Shown here one piece after another: positions 27,141 to 38,750 of a stretch of DNA of 64,000 bases. This DNA comes from Octopus vulgaris (Eukaryota): contig OX597816.1 in assembly GCA_951406725.2 (NCBI GenBank), positions 103,230,001 to 103,294,000 of the forward strand, in the 5' to 3' direction. Within the stretch, counting starts at the first letter, position 1, and every line of letters begins with the position of its first letter. A model generated the notes under the pieces. The model was not told where the DNA came from and did not search any database. It saw nothing but the letters and a program-made list of their open reading frames with translations. The position numbers and the translations under genes are program-made.

Positions 27141-29380
27141 TTCTCTTGAAGGATTTCTTGATCAATAGTAGCACGCTGACGATTCAACTTAACAATCCAA
27201 AGAGAAAGGAGACTTTCCATTTCTTCAAAGATTTTTCCTCTTGCGTACCAACAAATTTGCACAAAAACCTAGAAACACTCGGTTTCATGGAAAAAGAGCA
27301 AAAGAAACTGACGTGGATTCCCCAAATCCCATCGATTAGTGACACGATGCAGATGTGTAAGACGTACCAGAAATTTTCATGTGAGATTCTTATGTGAATA
27401 AAGGCACAAACTTGGGTGTAGGCATAGACAGCTCAACCAACTCACCGACTCAATCACATATTTACAAACACTGGGAATGCTCGTAACTCAAAAAGTCTTA
27501 TTACTTTGTTAGCTAACAGCTTGAACTCTCTCAAGAACTTAAATAAAACTCAAATAAAACTCATACACCAGTTTGCAAGTTTGTTATACATCCAAACTTA
27601 CTCAATATTTACATGTTCATGCTAATTACTTGTCGTGACCGTGTATCTCAGGTTGAAAACTCTTGCAAAGACTAAATATAAAAGTATTGATGCTAATTAA
27701 TTTATAACCTTGCTCTCTCTTTTCACGGTCTTCAAACGTTGTTTCTAATTTATTTTTCCATTTTGTTAGTGTTGTTATTTGTCAATAAATAAACTTATAG
27801 CTTTCAGTAAATCGACTTTTATTTTCATTTTCTAAATCCATGATAGCACATTTTTATTGTGTATAAAGTATACGTCGTAGTGTGTGTGTGTGTGTGTGTG
27901 TATGTGTGTGTGTGTGTGTGTGTGTGATGTATAAGTATATAATTTGTCGTTATTGTGGTTGCTTTTGGATTCGCAGACGGTCAGCCTGACAGCGAGGTAA
28001 TATATTGAAAGTAGGGATCTGATCCATTGCAACAATGTCAACGTCGTTCGACGTTATGTCTGTTCAAGGAGAAGGTTTGCTGTGTTGTTTGCGCAGTGCT
28101 TACAATGTTCTAAGTATAACTGCACGCATCATTTTTCAGAACAAAATTGGAACAATCGATTCCTCACTTGCATTCAACAAATGCCTAAGCGTAATTGTTT
28201 TGCCGAAAATATTTTAACTCAGGGTATAGTTCGTCCCCAAATGTTTTCATTCTTTTCATATAAGTATTTTCTAAGCAGTGAAGTAAATTTTTAGTTAATA
28301 ACCTCAAGAAAATGCGCTTTATAATTTCGATTTCTTCAATAACTACAACTAAGAAAATATTGTTAAACTTTCGGAGAACATAAAATAATTCTTTTTTTGG
28401 AATAGTGGATCCCGAAGGAGTCATAAAGCTATAAATATTAGCGTATAAAAGTGTACAGGAGATGTTGGTTCATGTCCCACGGGCAGCCTTCGACGTTTCT
28501 TTTCACAGCCATATGAGCCCGAAGCGCTTCTCATCACCCTACGGTCGTGAGATGGTCGTGATCTATAAACGGTTTTGAGTAGGAGCCGGAAAGAGAAGTA
28601 TGAACACGCAATGTACATGTGTACACTGGATTCGTAAAACGGAAGAGAAGAATAAAGACTTAGTGCGCATGACAAAGAAATTATGACACCAGTATCCTAC
28701 AGCGTTGTTGCAATTTTCTTGTTTTGTCTAAAAGGGTTTCTCAGCCAATATTTACATGCCGTTATTTATAGCTTTATGTCTCCTTCGAGAACAAATATTC
28801 CAAGAAAAAAAGCAAAAATAGAATTACCGGAAAACTTTGTTTGCCTATGATATTTGTTTTCGATTCTTCACTGCTTGTATGTAATGCTGTCGTTTCCAGC
28901 CATGTTTGTAGCAAATTTTGCATGATAAAATCAAGTTTGGGACAGATATCACGATGAAATTGAATATAAAGCTTTTCACCGATGAATGTGATCAGAAGAG
29001 TAACCAATTATTTAGCAATGCTAATAATTCTTGCATCAATATTGGAAATAGCATTTATTTATCTTATATTCAATAAATAGTCTCCCGTCCTTTGTATGCA
29101 ACTGCTCATGCTGAGCGTGTGTCTATTTATCAATGAATGTATGTACGCATGTGTGTATGAATATATATATACCATCATAGTCATCGTCGTCGTCATCATC
29201 ATCATCATGATCATCATCATCACCACCATCCAGTCGAGCGACTTAACCGGACCAATGCAAATCTTCCATGCCAGATGTCCCGATCGAGCGATGTGGTATG
29301 AACATCTGGCTTGGCTTTTAATCACATCACTCATTTCACTTGCTGAAATATCTTATCTGCAGACGCCACGACTTCAGACG

Positions 29381-29455
<75 letters not shown>

Positions 29456-29481
29456 CACACATATACATATACGAGTGTATG

Positions 29482-29540
<59 letters not shown>

Positions 29541-29541
<1 letters not shown>

Positions 29542-29836
29542 TGACCTAGTGGTTAGGGCAGCGGACTCGCGGTCGCAGGATCGCGGTTTCGATTCCCAGA
29601 CCGGGCGTTGTGAGTTTTATTGAGCGAAAACACTTAAAAAGCCCCACGAGGCTCCGGCAGGGGGTGGTGATCCCTTCTGTACTCTTTCACCACTCTTTCT
29701 CCCACTCTTTCTTCTGTTGGCCTGCTCGCTTAGCCAGCGGGGTGGCTTCATTCGAAGGCTAAAACAATGCGAACGCATTGTGACTAGCGATGTGTAACAA
29801 CATCTGATGGTCTGGTCGGTCACGTGATCACGTGAG
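29541..29836 (+). mobile_element. tRNA-derived SINE family C (tail type 2)
   Basis: Same head as 2176-2478; different 3' half ending GGTCGGTCACGTGATCACGTGA. Confidence 0.85.
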
Positions 29837-30829
29837 ATGGATGGATGGATGGATGGATGGATAATTTTTGTTCGCAGCAAAACGTATATGGTGCCAATCT
29901 CTGTCCCATTAAGTGTGGTTAGGGGACTATTTTTCTTCCGTACGCTTTATTTTAGCATGATTTCTGTCTCCTGGCGCCCTTCGTTCGTGAACCGCTTTAC
30001 GGTGTGTGCTAGGCATATTATATCGTTGAACTATAACAAGTGAAGTTCTTTTGTATTCCGTAAGATAAAAGGGTTTTTACTGTTCTACGTTCGTTCAGAG
30101 CAAAGTGACCAATAGAGTGAACCAGAGAGAGTGGGCGATTGAAGGAGATGAAAAAGGTGAAGGGGGTTAAGAAGGGAGGGTTTGAAGGGATGAGTGGGGC
30201 GGAAACAACATGACTGGGTTCATAGTACGAAAGAAAAGGGGAAAATGGGGATAGGCTATGCTAGAGGAGTAGTACAGAGAGGCAAGAGCGGGAGGGTACA
30301 ATGAGAGAAGCAGTAATGAGTACAATGAAACAGTTATGAGATAAGTAGGTAAATAGATAACTGGGAGGGAGAGTGAGGGAGAAAGAGAGAGAGTGTGAGG
30401 GAGAAAGAGAGAGAGAGAGTGTGAGGGAAAGAGAGAGTGGGAGAAAGAGAGAGAGGGAGAATGAGAGAGAGCGAGAGTGATTGATAACCATAGAAATGGT
30501 TAGTATTAAGAGAATTGAAGGGATGTTAGTAATAAATGACCCCTAGAAGGAGAGGAAGTAACGGATAGTTGTAAATAGCGATTGATCCAATGGACACACT
30601 CGTCACAAAGGTATCATAGGAATGTTCGGGTGGTGAGTTCAGTGTGATAAATGATATGGTGCAGTGGACTAGATAGATAGATGAGAGGGTATTGAATAGG
30701 CAAGAGAAGAAGCATATGAAGACTTGGAGCAAAATTGGCGAGAGGCACGGATGTTATGTATTATATATTCCAATCTCTATAACTTCTCCCATTTAACGTA
30801 CATTTCGTCATTCTTGCACCGATGGACGA

Positions 30830-32400
30830 ACGGTTTTCTCCAGGACCTCATATCACCAATCATCATAGTCCTCCATCATCACCTTCATAAGATAAAGTAT
30901 CTTGTCATTAGTCTTCACTATCTCACTTTAAGTCTTTCTTCCATAGGTTCTAAGCTCTCATCGTTTATGTACATCACATGCTGTGCCAACGAAGTCTTCT
31001 CTTTTGCATAATACATCTTTTCCTTATGCTCTGTTTTTTTTTCTCTTAGCATAGTTCATGCTCACTAACATCACACATCGAGCGAAGCATGCTTGTATAA
31101 TTTTCCTGTAGTCTTCGCGAGCTTTCTACTTCAATATTCACGTTCTGTTACCACACAGCATCACAATTTGTACAAAAGCGTCATAAAATATGCACCCCTC
31201 CCCCACACTCAAAGAGAGACGCTCTTTATTAACTGCAGAGGGAATAATTCGCCGAAATTTTTCAAACCGTTCTAACTCAGGCTACTACACTTTCAGAATA
31301 CTCGGCCCCACCCCGCTACTAATTATATCATCGAGGTAACAAAGCTATTAGGGAAATGTCTGGATAATTGAAAAAATCTATCTCCCAAATGCTCTTAGGG
31401 GTTATTTCCCCAGTGCACAGATCTGCATATAAAGTTTATCATTTTTGTTAGCCTGCCTGTGATCCTTCTAACACTCTTTATATCTATTGTTTACACGAAG
31501 CACATCATATGGATTTTCTATGTACTGTTTTTCTTCCATTTGCATACCAATTATGGCTTATTTTCGGGTGGTAGAAGAGTTTTTTGCTAAGTTTTTTTTC
31601 AGTCACTTTCCCTCACTGGAAATTATTCTCAGATATCTTTTACACATTCTGTCATAGAAGTAGTTTATTAGCATACAGGAATTACCAAAGACAGTTTTCT
31701 GTTATAATTTGGATGATTATAATAAACATGAAGCTGAGCACAGAGCTCTCACGAACCACTAGCATGCTGAATTCGTCGCTGAACTCATTACTGACTCTCA
31801 CCTTGCAGACTGTGTCTTTGTACATGGCTTGTACAGCCTTTACAAACCATTCATCTATTCCCAGCTTCCTTTGTGTCCACCATATTACAGACCAAGGCAA
31901 CTTGACAAAGGCCATCCTCAAATCGACCAATGTTTAACATAGGGGCTCACTCGCATCTTTGTGTTTCTCTCACTGTTATATCACTCGGTGTATGACATCA
32001 GTAAGACTTTTTCCTGATATAATCAACTTTGCACAAAGTCTTGCCGTAACTTTCAGAACCTGGTCCAACAAGTTAATGTATAAGTAATTTCCTCTCTAGT
32101 ACATCGACTTTATCCTTGTAGTAGTTATGATGATAGTGCTATACCAGTCACTGGGGATATCTTCTTATATTATCTAATTGATTATTTTAGTAACTGGTTC
32201 GTGTGTTATTTCTCCAGATATTTCAACCATTTTAGTGACAATCTCCAACGCACCAGCTGTCTGTTTGCTTTTTGCTTATATTCCTAATTGCGTTTTTCCC
32301 TCTTGCTGCTGTGAACAACTTGGATGGCTGGTCTCTCTGTAGGGTCTACGTAGCTTAGGCTCCCTCTCTTCCCCTCTCTTTATGGCATGCTGGTTTTTAC
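30830..32400 (-). mobile_element. decayed RTE-clade LINE (RT and C-terminus)
   Basis: VDLRMAFVKLPWSVIWWTQRKLGIDEWFVKAVQAMYKDTVCKVRV (31682-31930) matches the RTE FVDLEKAFDRVPR block; C-terminal KRLRWH remnant near 31000. Confidence 0.85.
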
Positions 32401-32652
32401 TTACGGCGTAAGTAAGAACCAGCATGCCATGATTGTATCTACACTACAGCCTAACAATCCGGGATATGTCACGCCTCTGATATTCACGTCGTACATGTGC
32501 AAAGCTCTTTCTTTCTACCTCACCCATTACTATGTATGTCTCCTCTGTAGCTGCTCTTCGAGCTATTTGAGGTATTTGACTTTTTTTCTGCTGTACCTTT
32601 TCCTAGTCTTTCCGAGTCCTTCTCATTGTTAAGGATAGAGAAAGTGAAAGAA

Positions 32653-32687
<35 letters not shown>

Positions 32688-33164
32688 GAGAGAGAAAAGT
32701 TACATGAGAATTGATACACACACACACACAGACACACACACACACACACACACAGACACACACACACAGAGAAAACGAAACATACGCTCCGCAAATGAAA
32801 AGTATGAGCAATATTGATTTCGCATACATTGGCACGAGGCCAGATCATTTTTTGCGGCTGAGTATATAGACAGTCAGTTGTTAATCAGACCCAAGCATAA
32901 CACAAGTATCTTATCTTTATCGTTTGCTTGTTTCAGTTATTGGACTGCGGTTCTGCTGAAGCACCACTTTGTAGGGTTTCGTCGGTCAAATTGACCCCAG
33001 TACTCGCTTTTAAGTCTGGTACTTATTCCATCGAACTCTTTTGTCGAACCACAGAGTACGCAGACCAGCAGCGGTGGAAGAGGACAAACACAAGCACAAA
33101 GAGATACATTTATATAAAACACACACACACACGTACGATCAGGAATACAAGCGGCTAAAATAAT

Positions 33165-33540
33165 ATCCCCCGAAGCATTTCTGGAGTAACGCTACTCTAC
33201 AGGTGTAACTTGACTATCAGGGCATCTCCAGATCGAGGCGCCAATTTCCCGCATCGAGAGGTCAAAGAACCGTTATTAGGGACATGGGATTAGAAGGTCG
33301 CAGGTGGGAAAGAGTCTCAAGACAGACTCTTCAGGTTGAGCCAATGGCAGTAGACCTATGTGTAGACCAAAAACGAGGTCATTGGATAATAACCATATTC
33401 TCAGTTGGTTACGATTGAGAATCCAGCCGGAAAGTCTAATGACGGCCGCCCCTGATAAAACCAATTGGAAGAGGCGCATGACTTAATCACAACGATCCAC
33501 CCAGGAATAGTGGGTGGAGAAAATGCATGGATTGGATAAG
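33165..33540 (+). mobile_element. RTE-clade LINE 3' fragment
   Basis: RIERSKNRY*GHGIR...RPMCRPK...LRIQPESLM, typical of the RTE C-terminal GHV.RM...RP.GRP..RW region. Confidence 0.65.
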
Positions 33541-33555
33541 TGTGTATGTGTATAC

Positions 33556-33603
<48 letters not shown>

Positions 33604-33624
33604 AATATATATATATATACACAC

Positions 33625-33698
<74 letters not shown>

Positions 33699-33704
33699 AC
33701 ATAT

Positions 33705-33736
33705 AGTGGATTAACTGTTGAAGTGGACGGACGTCT
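33705..33736 (+). promoter_or_regulatory. possible internal Pol II promoter of the LINE (Inr-like TAGT plus downstream GGACGGACGT)
   Basis: GGACG motifs at 33725-33733, about 20-29 nt into the element, resemble the downstream promoter element of many LINE 5'UTRs; spacing is only approximate. Confidence 0.3.
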
Positions 33737-34033
33737 ATTTGTTTCTCTACCAAGTCAGTACCAAGCTACACAGCTTCAAAACTAACTGACCTTAAATATA
33801 TATATATTTGTAACCACGTGTTTGCCTACAAACCCGTAAGTACGTTTTCATTTAACTACAAATTGTTATATACACCTGTTTTTCTTTTAATATCCTCAAA
33901 CAACCAAATAATCAAAAACTCACACCCTTAAGAGAGAACATTTATATATATATATATACACTTCTTTAACTCCCAAGAAAGAATATATATATTTTCAAAA
34001 ATCAAAAGGAAAACAAACAAAAGAAAAACAAAC

Positions 34034-35263
34034 ATGACTAACTTGCAGGCCTGCAACAGACGAAATTGGTCTGATAACGAAATTGATGTTTTAATAAACA
34101 CATGGTTCTCTCTTTCCCAAACAGAAAATCTAAATGTTTTGTGTTTGAATGAGATTGCCGAAAAAACATCACAAGTGGTCAACACACGATCCGTCAAACA
34201 GATTCGTAGCAAGCTGAAGCATATCGAAGTATCTTTCAAACTGACAAAAGGCCATTATGAAAAGCTTCTTCATATTTTCACAGTTCAAGAACAGCAACAG
34301 CTAGAAAATCAGCAGCCACAACAACAACAACAGAATGAGCCACTCCTGGTTCCCAGCACAATGGCTGACCCTAACATCGGTCAAGCACAACAACAACAAC
34401 AACACCAACAGCCACAGCAACAAGAACAACAACAGCCACTCCTCAACTCTAGCTTACTAGATGATTCACTAAATGCCAGTATCTTTTCACCGCTCTCACA
34501 GCAACCACCACAATTATCATCATCATCATCACCACCGCTGCCACCATCGTCTTCTATCACCAAAAATACCAACAGAAAACCAAATAAGAAACCACTGCCC
34601 TCTTCCCCCACATCACCACCTCAATACTACTGCAGTAACAAAAACTTAAAGAAACATAGGAAGCAGAATGCGCCCCCCACGGCACAAACAAGAAATCCCC
34701 AAATATGCCGCTATTCACTGCGCCAGAGACTCTGCACAAATAGTGACTGCATCTTCACGCATCTACCCGGCACTAGACGCACTACCGGCCAAGGCCAAAT
34801 CACGCATCCCACAATAACATCAACACCACCAAATAGTAAATCGAAATTCAAAACACACACAACTCGGAGTCCCAAAATCTGCCGGTATTCCCAACGTGAG
34901 AGAACATGTCTACTGAGTGACTGTCCCTTCACTCATCTTACAGGGACCCGACGCACAAACAGAAACAGGGCTTCAAGCCAACACACAAACCTGAATAAAA
35001 ATAAAAATAGAAACACACCATGCTGCAGTAATGCTGGTCCAGTCTTTTCAGGAAGACACAAAAACAACAACAACAAAAGTGGAAACTACAACCCTATCCA
35101 ACAGTGCAACCACACCTCCAGCCAAAAACTGCTCCCTAAGCAGGAAAATTCTTTTAGCCATGTTGAACATGGCAAAAGAGATACACAAAAGATTCTAGCC
35201 ATCACTCAACACCATCCTATGCTATTACCCCAGTGCACCAATTCCCCACATTGCTGCCACTAA
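34034..35263 (+). CDS. LINE ORF1, 409 aa: Myb/SANT-like N-terminus, Q/P/S-rich linker, two CCCH zinc fingers
   Basis: RRNWSDNEIDVLINTW...IAEK...RSVKQIRSKLKHI; CRYSLRQRLCTNSDCIFTH and CRYSQRERTCLLSDCPFTH (C-x8-C-x4-C-x3-H). Confidence 0.85.
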   Translation: MTNLQACNRRNWSDNEIDVLINTWFSLSQTENLNVLCLNEIAEKTSQVVNTRSVKQIRSKLKHIEVSFKLTKGHYEKLLHIFTVQEQQQLENQQPQQQQQNEPLLVPSTMADPNIGQAQQQQQHQQPQQQEQQQPLLNSSLLDDSLNASIFSPLSQQPPQLSSSSSPPLPPSSSITKNTNRKPNKKPLPSSPTSPPQYYCSNKNLKKHRKQNAPPTAQTRNPQICRYSLRQRLCTNSDCIFTHLPGTRRTTGQGQITHPTITSTPPNSKSKFKTHTTRSPKICRYSQRERTCLLSDCPFTHLTGTRRTNRNRASSQHTNLNKNKNRNTPCCSNAGPVFSGRHKNNNNKSGNYNPIQQCNHTSSQKLLPKQENSFSHVEHGKRDTQKILAITQHHPMLLPQCTNSPHCCH

Positions 35264-35994
35264 CACACACAAAAAATCCAAGCCCCCTGCAACAGTCAAA
35301 ACCAGCCACTACACTAACCTCCACATTCCTACTCAATGCACAAGGTGTCAGCCCTTCCATCAATGCACAAAAATGGAAGGTCCAATTCATTGAAGACTGG
35401 GTTGGTAACCATTCACACCACATTCCTTTCTTCATTCTCACTGAGACCCACCTTGACAACTCCCACTTGGAAGCCGAAGTGAGAGTGAAGAATTTCACAA
35501 CCATCCGCGCGGATCGTATCGGCAGGAGGAAGGGTGGAACTGCCATTTTCCTGCATGATTCATTTACGGCAGATGGAAATAGTATATTCTCCAACGGCTA
35601 CTGTGAATCAGTCACCGTGCACAACAAAGCCAATGACCTGACAGTAATTGGGCTCTATAGGCCGCCCCAAACACCCATACTGTGCTTTAAAGAATGCCTC
35701 AACAGCATTAAGTGCTTTATTCAACAGTGCCATTCTAGCAACATACTCATGATGGGAGACTTCAATCTACCCTGTGTTGACTGGACTACAAACTGTTTGA
35801 AACCAAGCACTCCCGCCTCAACCGCTGACAAAGAAGCAGCAGAGTCACTTTTCGACTTTACGAATGAGTTTTTCTTGTCCCAACTTGTCCTTGCACCAAC
35901 AAGACATCAGAACATTTTGGACCTAGTGTTTAGTAACCACACTAACACTATACATAACGTTACAGTGGAAAAAAACCCTTCTTTCAGACCATGA
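35233..35994 (+). CDS. LINE ORF2 N-terminal part: apurinic-like endonuclease (frameshifted from the RT part)
   Basis: LNAQG, LTETHL, RADRIGRRKGGTAI, GLYRPP, MGDFNLP, PTRHQNILDLVF; the SDH motif follows in the +1 frame. Confidence 0.93.
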   Translation: MHQFPTLLPLTHTKNPSPLQQSKPATTLTSTFLLNAQGVSPSINAQKWKVQFIEDWVGNHSHHIPFFILTETHLDNSHLEAEVRVKNFTTIRADRIGRRKGGTAIFLHDSFTADGNSIFSNGYCESVTVHNKANDLTVIGLYRPPQTPILCFKECLNSIKCFIQQCHSSNILMMGDFNLPCVDWTTNCLKPSTPASTADKEAAESLFDFTNEFFLSQLVLAPTRHQNILDLVFSNHTNTIHNVTVEKNPSFRP

Positions 35995-35995
35995 C

Positions 35996-38269
35996 ATGGT
36001 TCTCTGTAACATGAAATTCCACCAGCCGAAAGCTAATCCTAGTGACCTTCCTCCAGCCCACCCATTTGACAACATGGATCTCCATAATGCCAACTGGGAT
36101 GCAATCAAGAACGAGCTATCACATGTTGACTGGTCCTTTACACATACACACATCTCCACCAACCATAAAACATCTTGGCAGATCTTTGTAGACACCGTCA
36201 CAGACATATGTGCAAAACACTCCCCACCAAGACCTGTGAACAAAAAGTGCAGAATCCCCCAAAACAGAAAAACCATTATCAGAAAAATAAAAAGAACAAA
36301 CAAAAAAATTAACAAACTAAAGTACTGCCAACAGCAACACACACATTCGACGGCTATCGCACTGCTTGAATCCAAAAAATATAACCTCCAACAATGCATG
36401 AAGACCCTCATCAATAACCAAAGATCAGCTGAGGAGAAGTGGGCCATTGAAAAAATCAAACTCAACCCCAAAGTGTTCTTTTCATTTGCGAGGAAACGCA
36501 GGGTCACTGTCTCCACTGTAGGCCCTCTAATTGACGAAACTGGCACTCTCCAAGATAATGCCAAATCCATGGCCGAGATACTGCAGAAACAATACTGCTC
36601 TGTTTTCAGCAATCCTGATATGGCCGATCTGGGCTGTATCAGTGATGTCAACCCCCAACACACTATATCGGACATAACGTTTAGTGCCCCTGATGTCTTA
36701 GCGGCGATAAACGAAATAAAACACAATTCAGCAGTAGGCCCCGATAGGTTCCCTGCTTGTGTCCTGAAGGTGTGTCGACACCAACTTGCATCTCCCCTTG
36801 CTAATCTGTGGAGAAACTCACTGGATGCTGGCTATATTCCAAAAAACCTTCTGTCTCAGTCTGTTGTCCCAGTTTTCAAAAAGGGAAACAAGTCCCTTGC
36901 AGTGAATTACCGTCCGATCTCACTCACCTCTCATATCATCAAGGTATTTGAGAGGGTGGTGAGATCTCGAATAACCCAATTTCTGGAAAGCAACAGACGG
37001 CTGATCTCCAACCAACATAGGTTCCGTAATGGAAGGGACTGCCTAACGCAGCTCCTGCATCACTTTGAGGACATTTTGAGAGCTTTGGGAGAGGGCTCCA
37101 ACACCGATGTCATCTACCTTGATTTCAGTAAGGCCTTCGACAGGGTCGATCACAAGATCCTATTGAAAAAACTATCCAACATTGGTGTCTCTGGAAAGTT
37201 ACTGAAATGGATCAAGTGTTTCCTGACAGACAGATCTCAACATGTTGTAGTTGAAGGGGTAAAATCAAGCCCAGCCAAAGTCAGTAGTGGCGTTCCGCAA
37301 GGCACTGTGCTGGGCCCACTTCTTTTCATCATTTACATTAATGACATTAATGACATCATCAAGCACAGCAACATAAAAATCTTTGCAGATGACTCCAAGC
37401 TACAGAAGGTCATAAATGAGGCGAGTGACCGGACATGCCTTCAGTCAGATCTACTGGCTGTTATCCAATGGGCAGAAATAAACAATATGCTGCTGAACGA
37501 GGATAAATTTGAGCTAATCCACTTTGGAAAAGAGGATGCCCTGAAACTCCCATACTCCCTTCCTTCAGGTGAAACTCTCGCGGCGTCCAACAACATCAGA
37601 GACTTGGGAGTAATTGTGGACAACAACATAAGCTGGGCCACTCATATAAACACCAAAGTTGACATGGCCCGCAGAATGTGTTCCTGGATTCTCAGAACTT
37701 TCCAGTCGAGAGATATCCACACCATTATCCTTCTCTTCTCCACTTTTGCCCGACCCCACCTTGAATACTGTTGTCCACTGTGGTCTCCCCACACAATACA
37801 AGGTATCATAAAAGTTGAAGCACCTCAAAGGGCAATCACAAAAAAGATAGATTGCATGACAGGCCTCGACTATTGGGGTCGACTAGAAAAGCTAATACTC
37901 TCTTCTCTCCAACGTCGTCGTGAGCGCTACATCATCTGCATGATGTGGAAAATATTCCATCAGCATTGCCCAAATGATGTTGGCATCACCTTTAAGGTAC
38001 ATCCAAGGCTTGGGCCCCGTGCCATCCGCCCAAAACAAAAATCGCACTCTCATCTCATAACAACAATACGGCACAATTATTTCACCTCAATTGGCCCCGC
38101 TCTCTTTAACATTACACCAAAACACATTAAAACAGAAACTGACCCTATAGGGTTCAAGAAGTCTTTGGACAGATTCCTTCAAGAAATCCCGGATAAACCC
38201 CCTAAACCCGGATATGTCTCTGTAAACAATAACTCTCTACTTGAGTGGGCCATAGTGCCCAAATTCTGA
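35996..38269 (+). CDS. LINE ORF2 C-terminal part: reverse transcriptase
   Basis: NYRPISLTS, YLDFSKAFDRVDH, SGVPQGTVLGPLLF, FADD (37382-37393), RDLGV, RPHLEYCCPLWSP, SLQRRRER. Confidence 0.97.
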   Translation: MVLCNMKFHQPKANPSDLPPAHPFDNMDLHNANWDAIKNELSHVDWSFTHTHISTNHKTSWQIFVDTVTDICAKHSPPRPVNKKCRIPQNRKTIIRKIKRTNKKINKLKYCQQQHTHSTAIALLESKKYNLQQCMKTLINNQRSAEEKWAIEKIKLNPKVFFSFARKRRVTVSTVGPLIDETGTLQDNAKSMAEILQKQYCSVFSNPDMADLGCISDVNPQHTISDITFSAPDVLAAINEIKHNSAVGPDRFPACVLKVCRHQLASPLANLWRNSLDAGYIPKNLLSQSVVPVFKKGNKSLAVNYRPISLTSHIIKVFERVVRSRITQFLESNRRLISNQHRFRNGRDCLTQLLHHFEDILRALGEGSNTDVIYLDFSKAFDRVDHKILLKKLSNIGVSGKLLKWIKCFLTDRSQHVVVEGVKSSPAKVSSGVPQGTVLGPLLFIIYINDINDIIKHSNIKIFADDSKLQKVINEASDRTCLQSDLLAVIQWAEINNMLLNEDKFELIHFGKEDALKLPYSLPSGETLAASNNIRDLGVIVDNNISWATHINTKVDMARRMCSWILRTFQSRDIHTIILLFSTFARPHLEYCCPLWSPHTIQGIIKVEAPQRAITKKIDCMTGLDYWGRLEKLILSSLQRRRERYIICMMWKIFHQHCPNDVGITFKVHPRLGPRAIRPKQKSHSHLITTIRHNYFTSIGPALFNITPKHIKTETDPIGFKKSLDRFLQEIPDKPPKPGYVSVNNNSLLEWAIVPKF

Positions 38270-38358
38270 CTTGAAAGACTTCACCAGGTGGTGCTATTAA
38301 GTTAGACATGGCCTGGGCCAATAATAGCCGAAACCTATCAAAGTATCAAAGTATCAAA

Positions 38359-38418
<60 letters not shown>

Positions 38419-38608
38419 ATATATATATACATTTACTCGCTAAATCTTCTAACCACGTTAAAGTGGTTTAGACGATAAAGTGTCTCTTTTCAGCGTATAG
38501 GTAAGATTTTCCAATGCCCTTAATTATAATTATATATATAATTTCACCTTAAACCTTAAGTCTATTTTTATATGCTGGCCACTGATAGAATTTTTTACGA
38601 TTTTTTCC

Positions 38609-38609
<1 letters not shown>

Positions 38610-38669
<60 letters not shown>

Positions 38670-38701
38670 TTCTTCTTCTTCTTCTTCTTCTTCTTCTTCT
38701 T

Positions 38702-38732
<31 letters not shown>

Positions 38733-38750
38733 TTATTATTATTATTATTA
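38610..38750. repeat. (TAT)n-(TCT)n-(TAT)n microsatellite
   Basis: Directly visible. Confidence 0.95.

Larger units (their letters stand above)
33697..38359 (+). mobile_element. near full-length CR1-group LINE embedded in (TA)n
   Basis: 5'UTR, ORF1, APE-RT ORF2, short 3'UTR and (TATCAAAG)3 tail at 38336-38359; TA tracts on both sides (33556-33696, 38360-38430). Confidence 0.96.
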
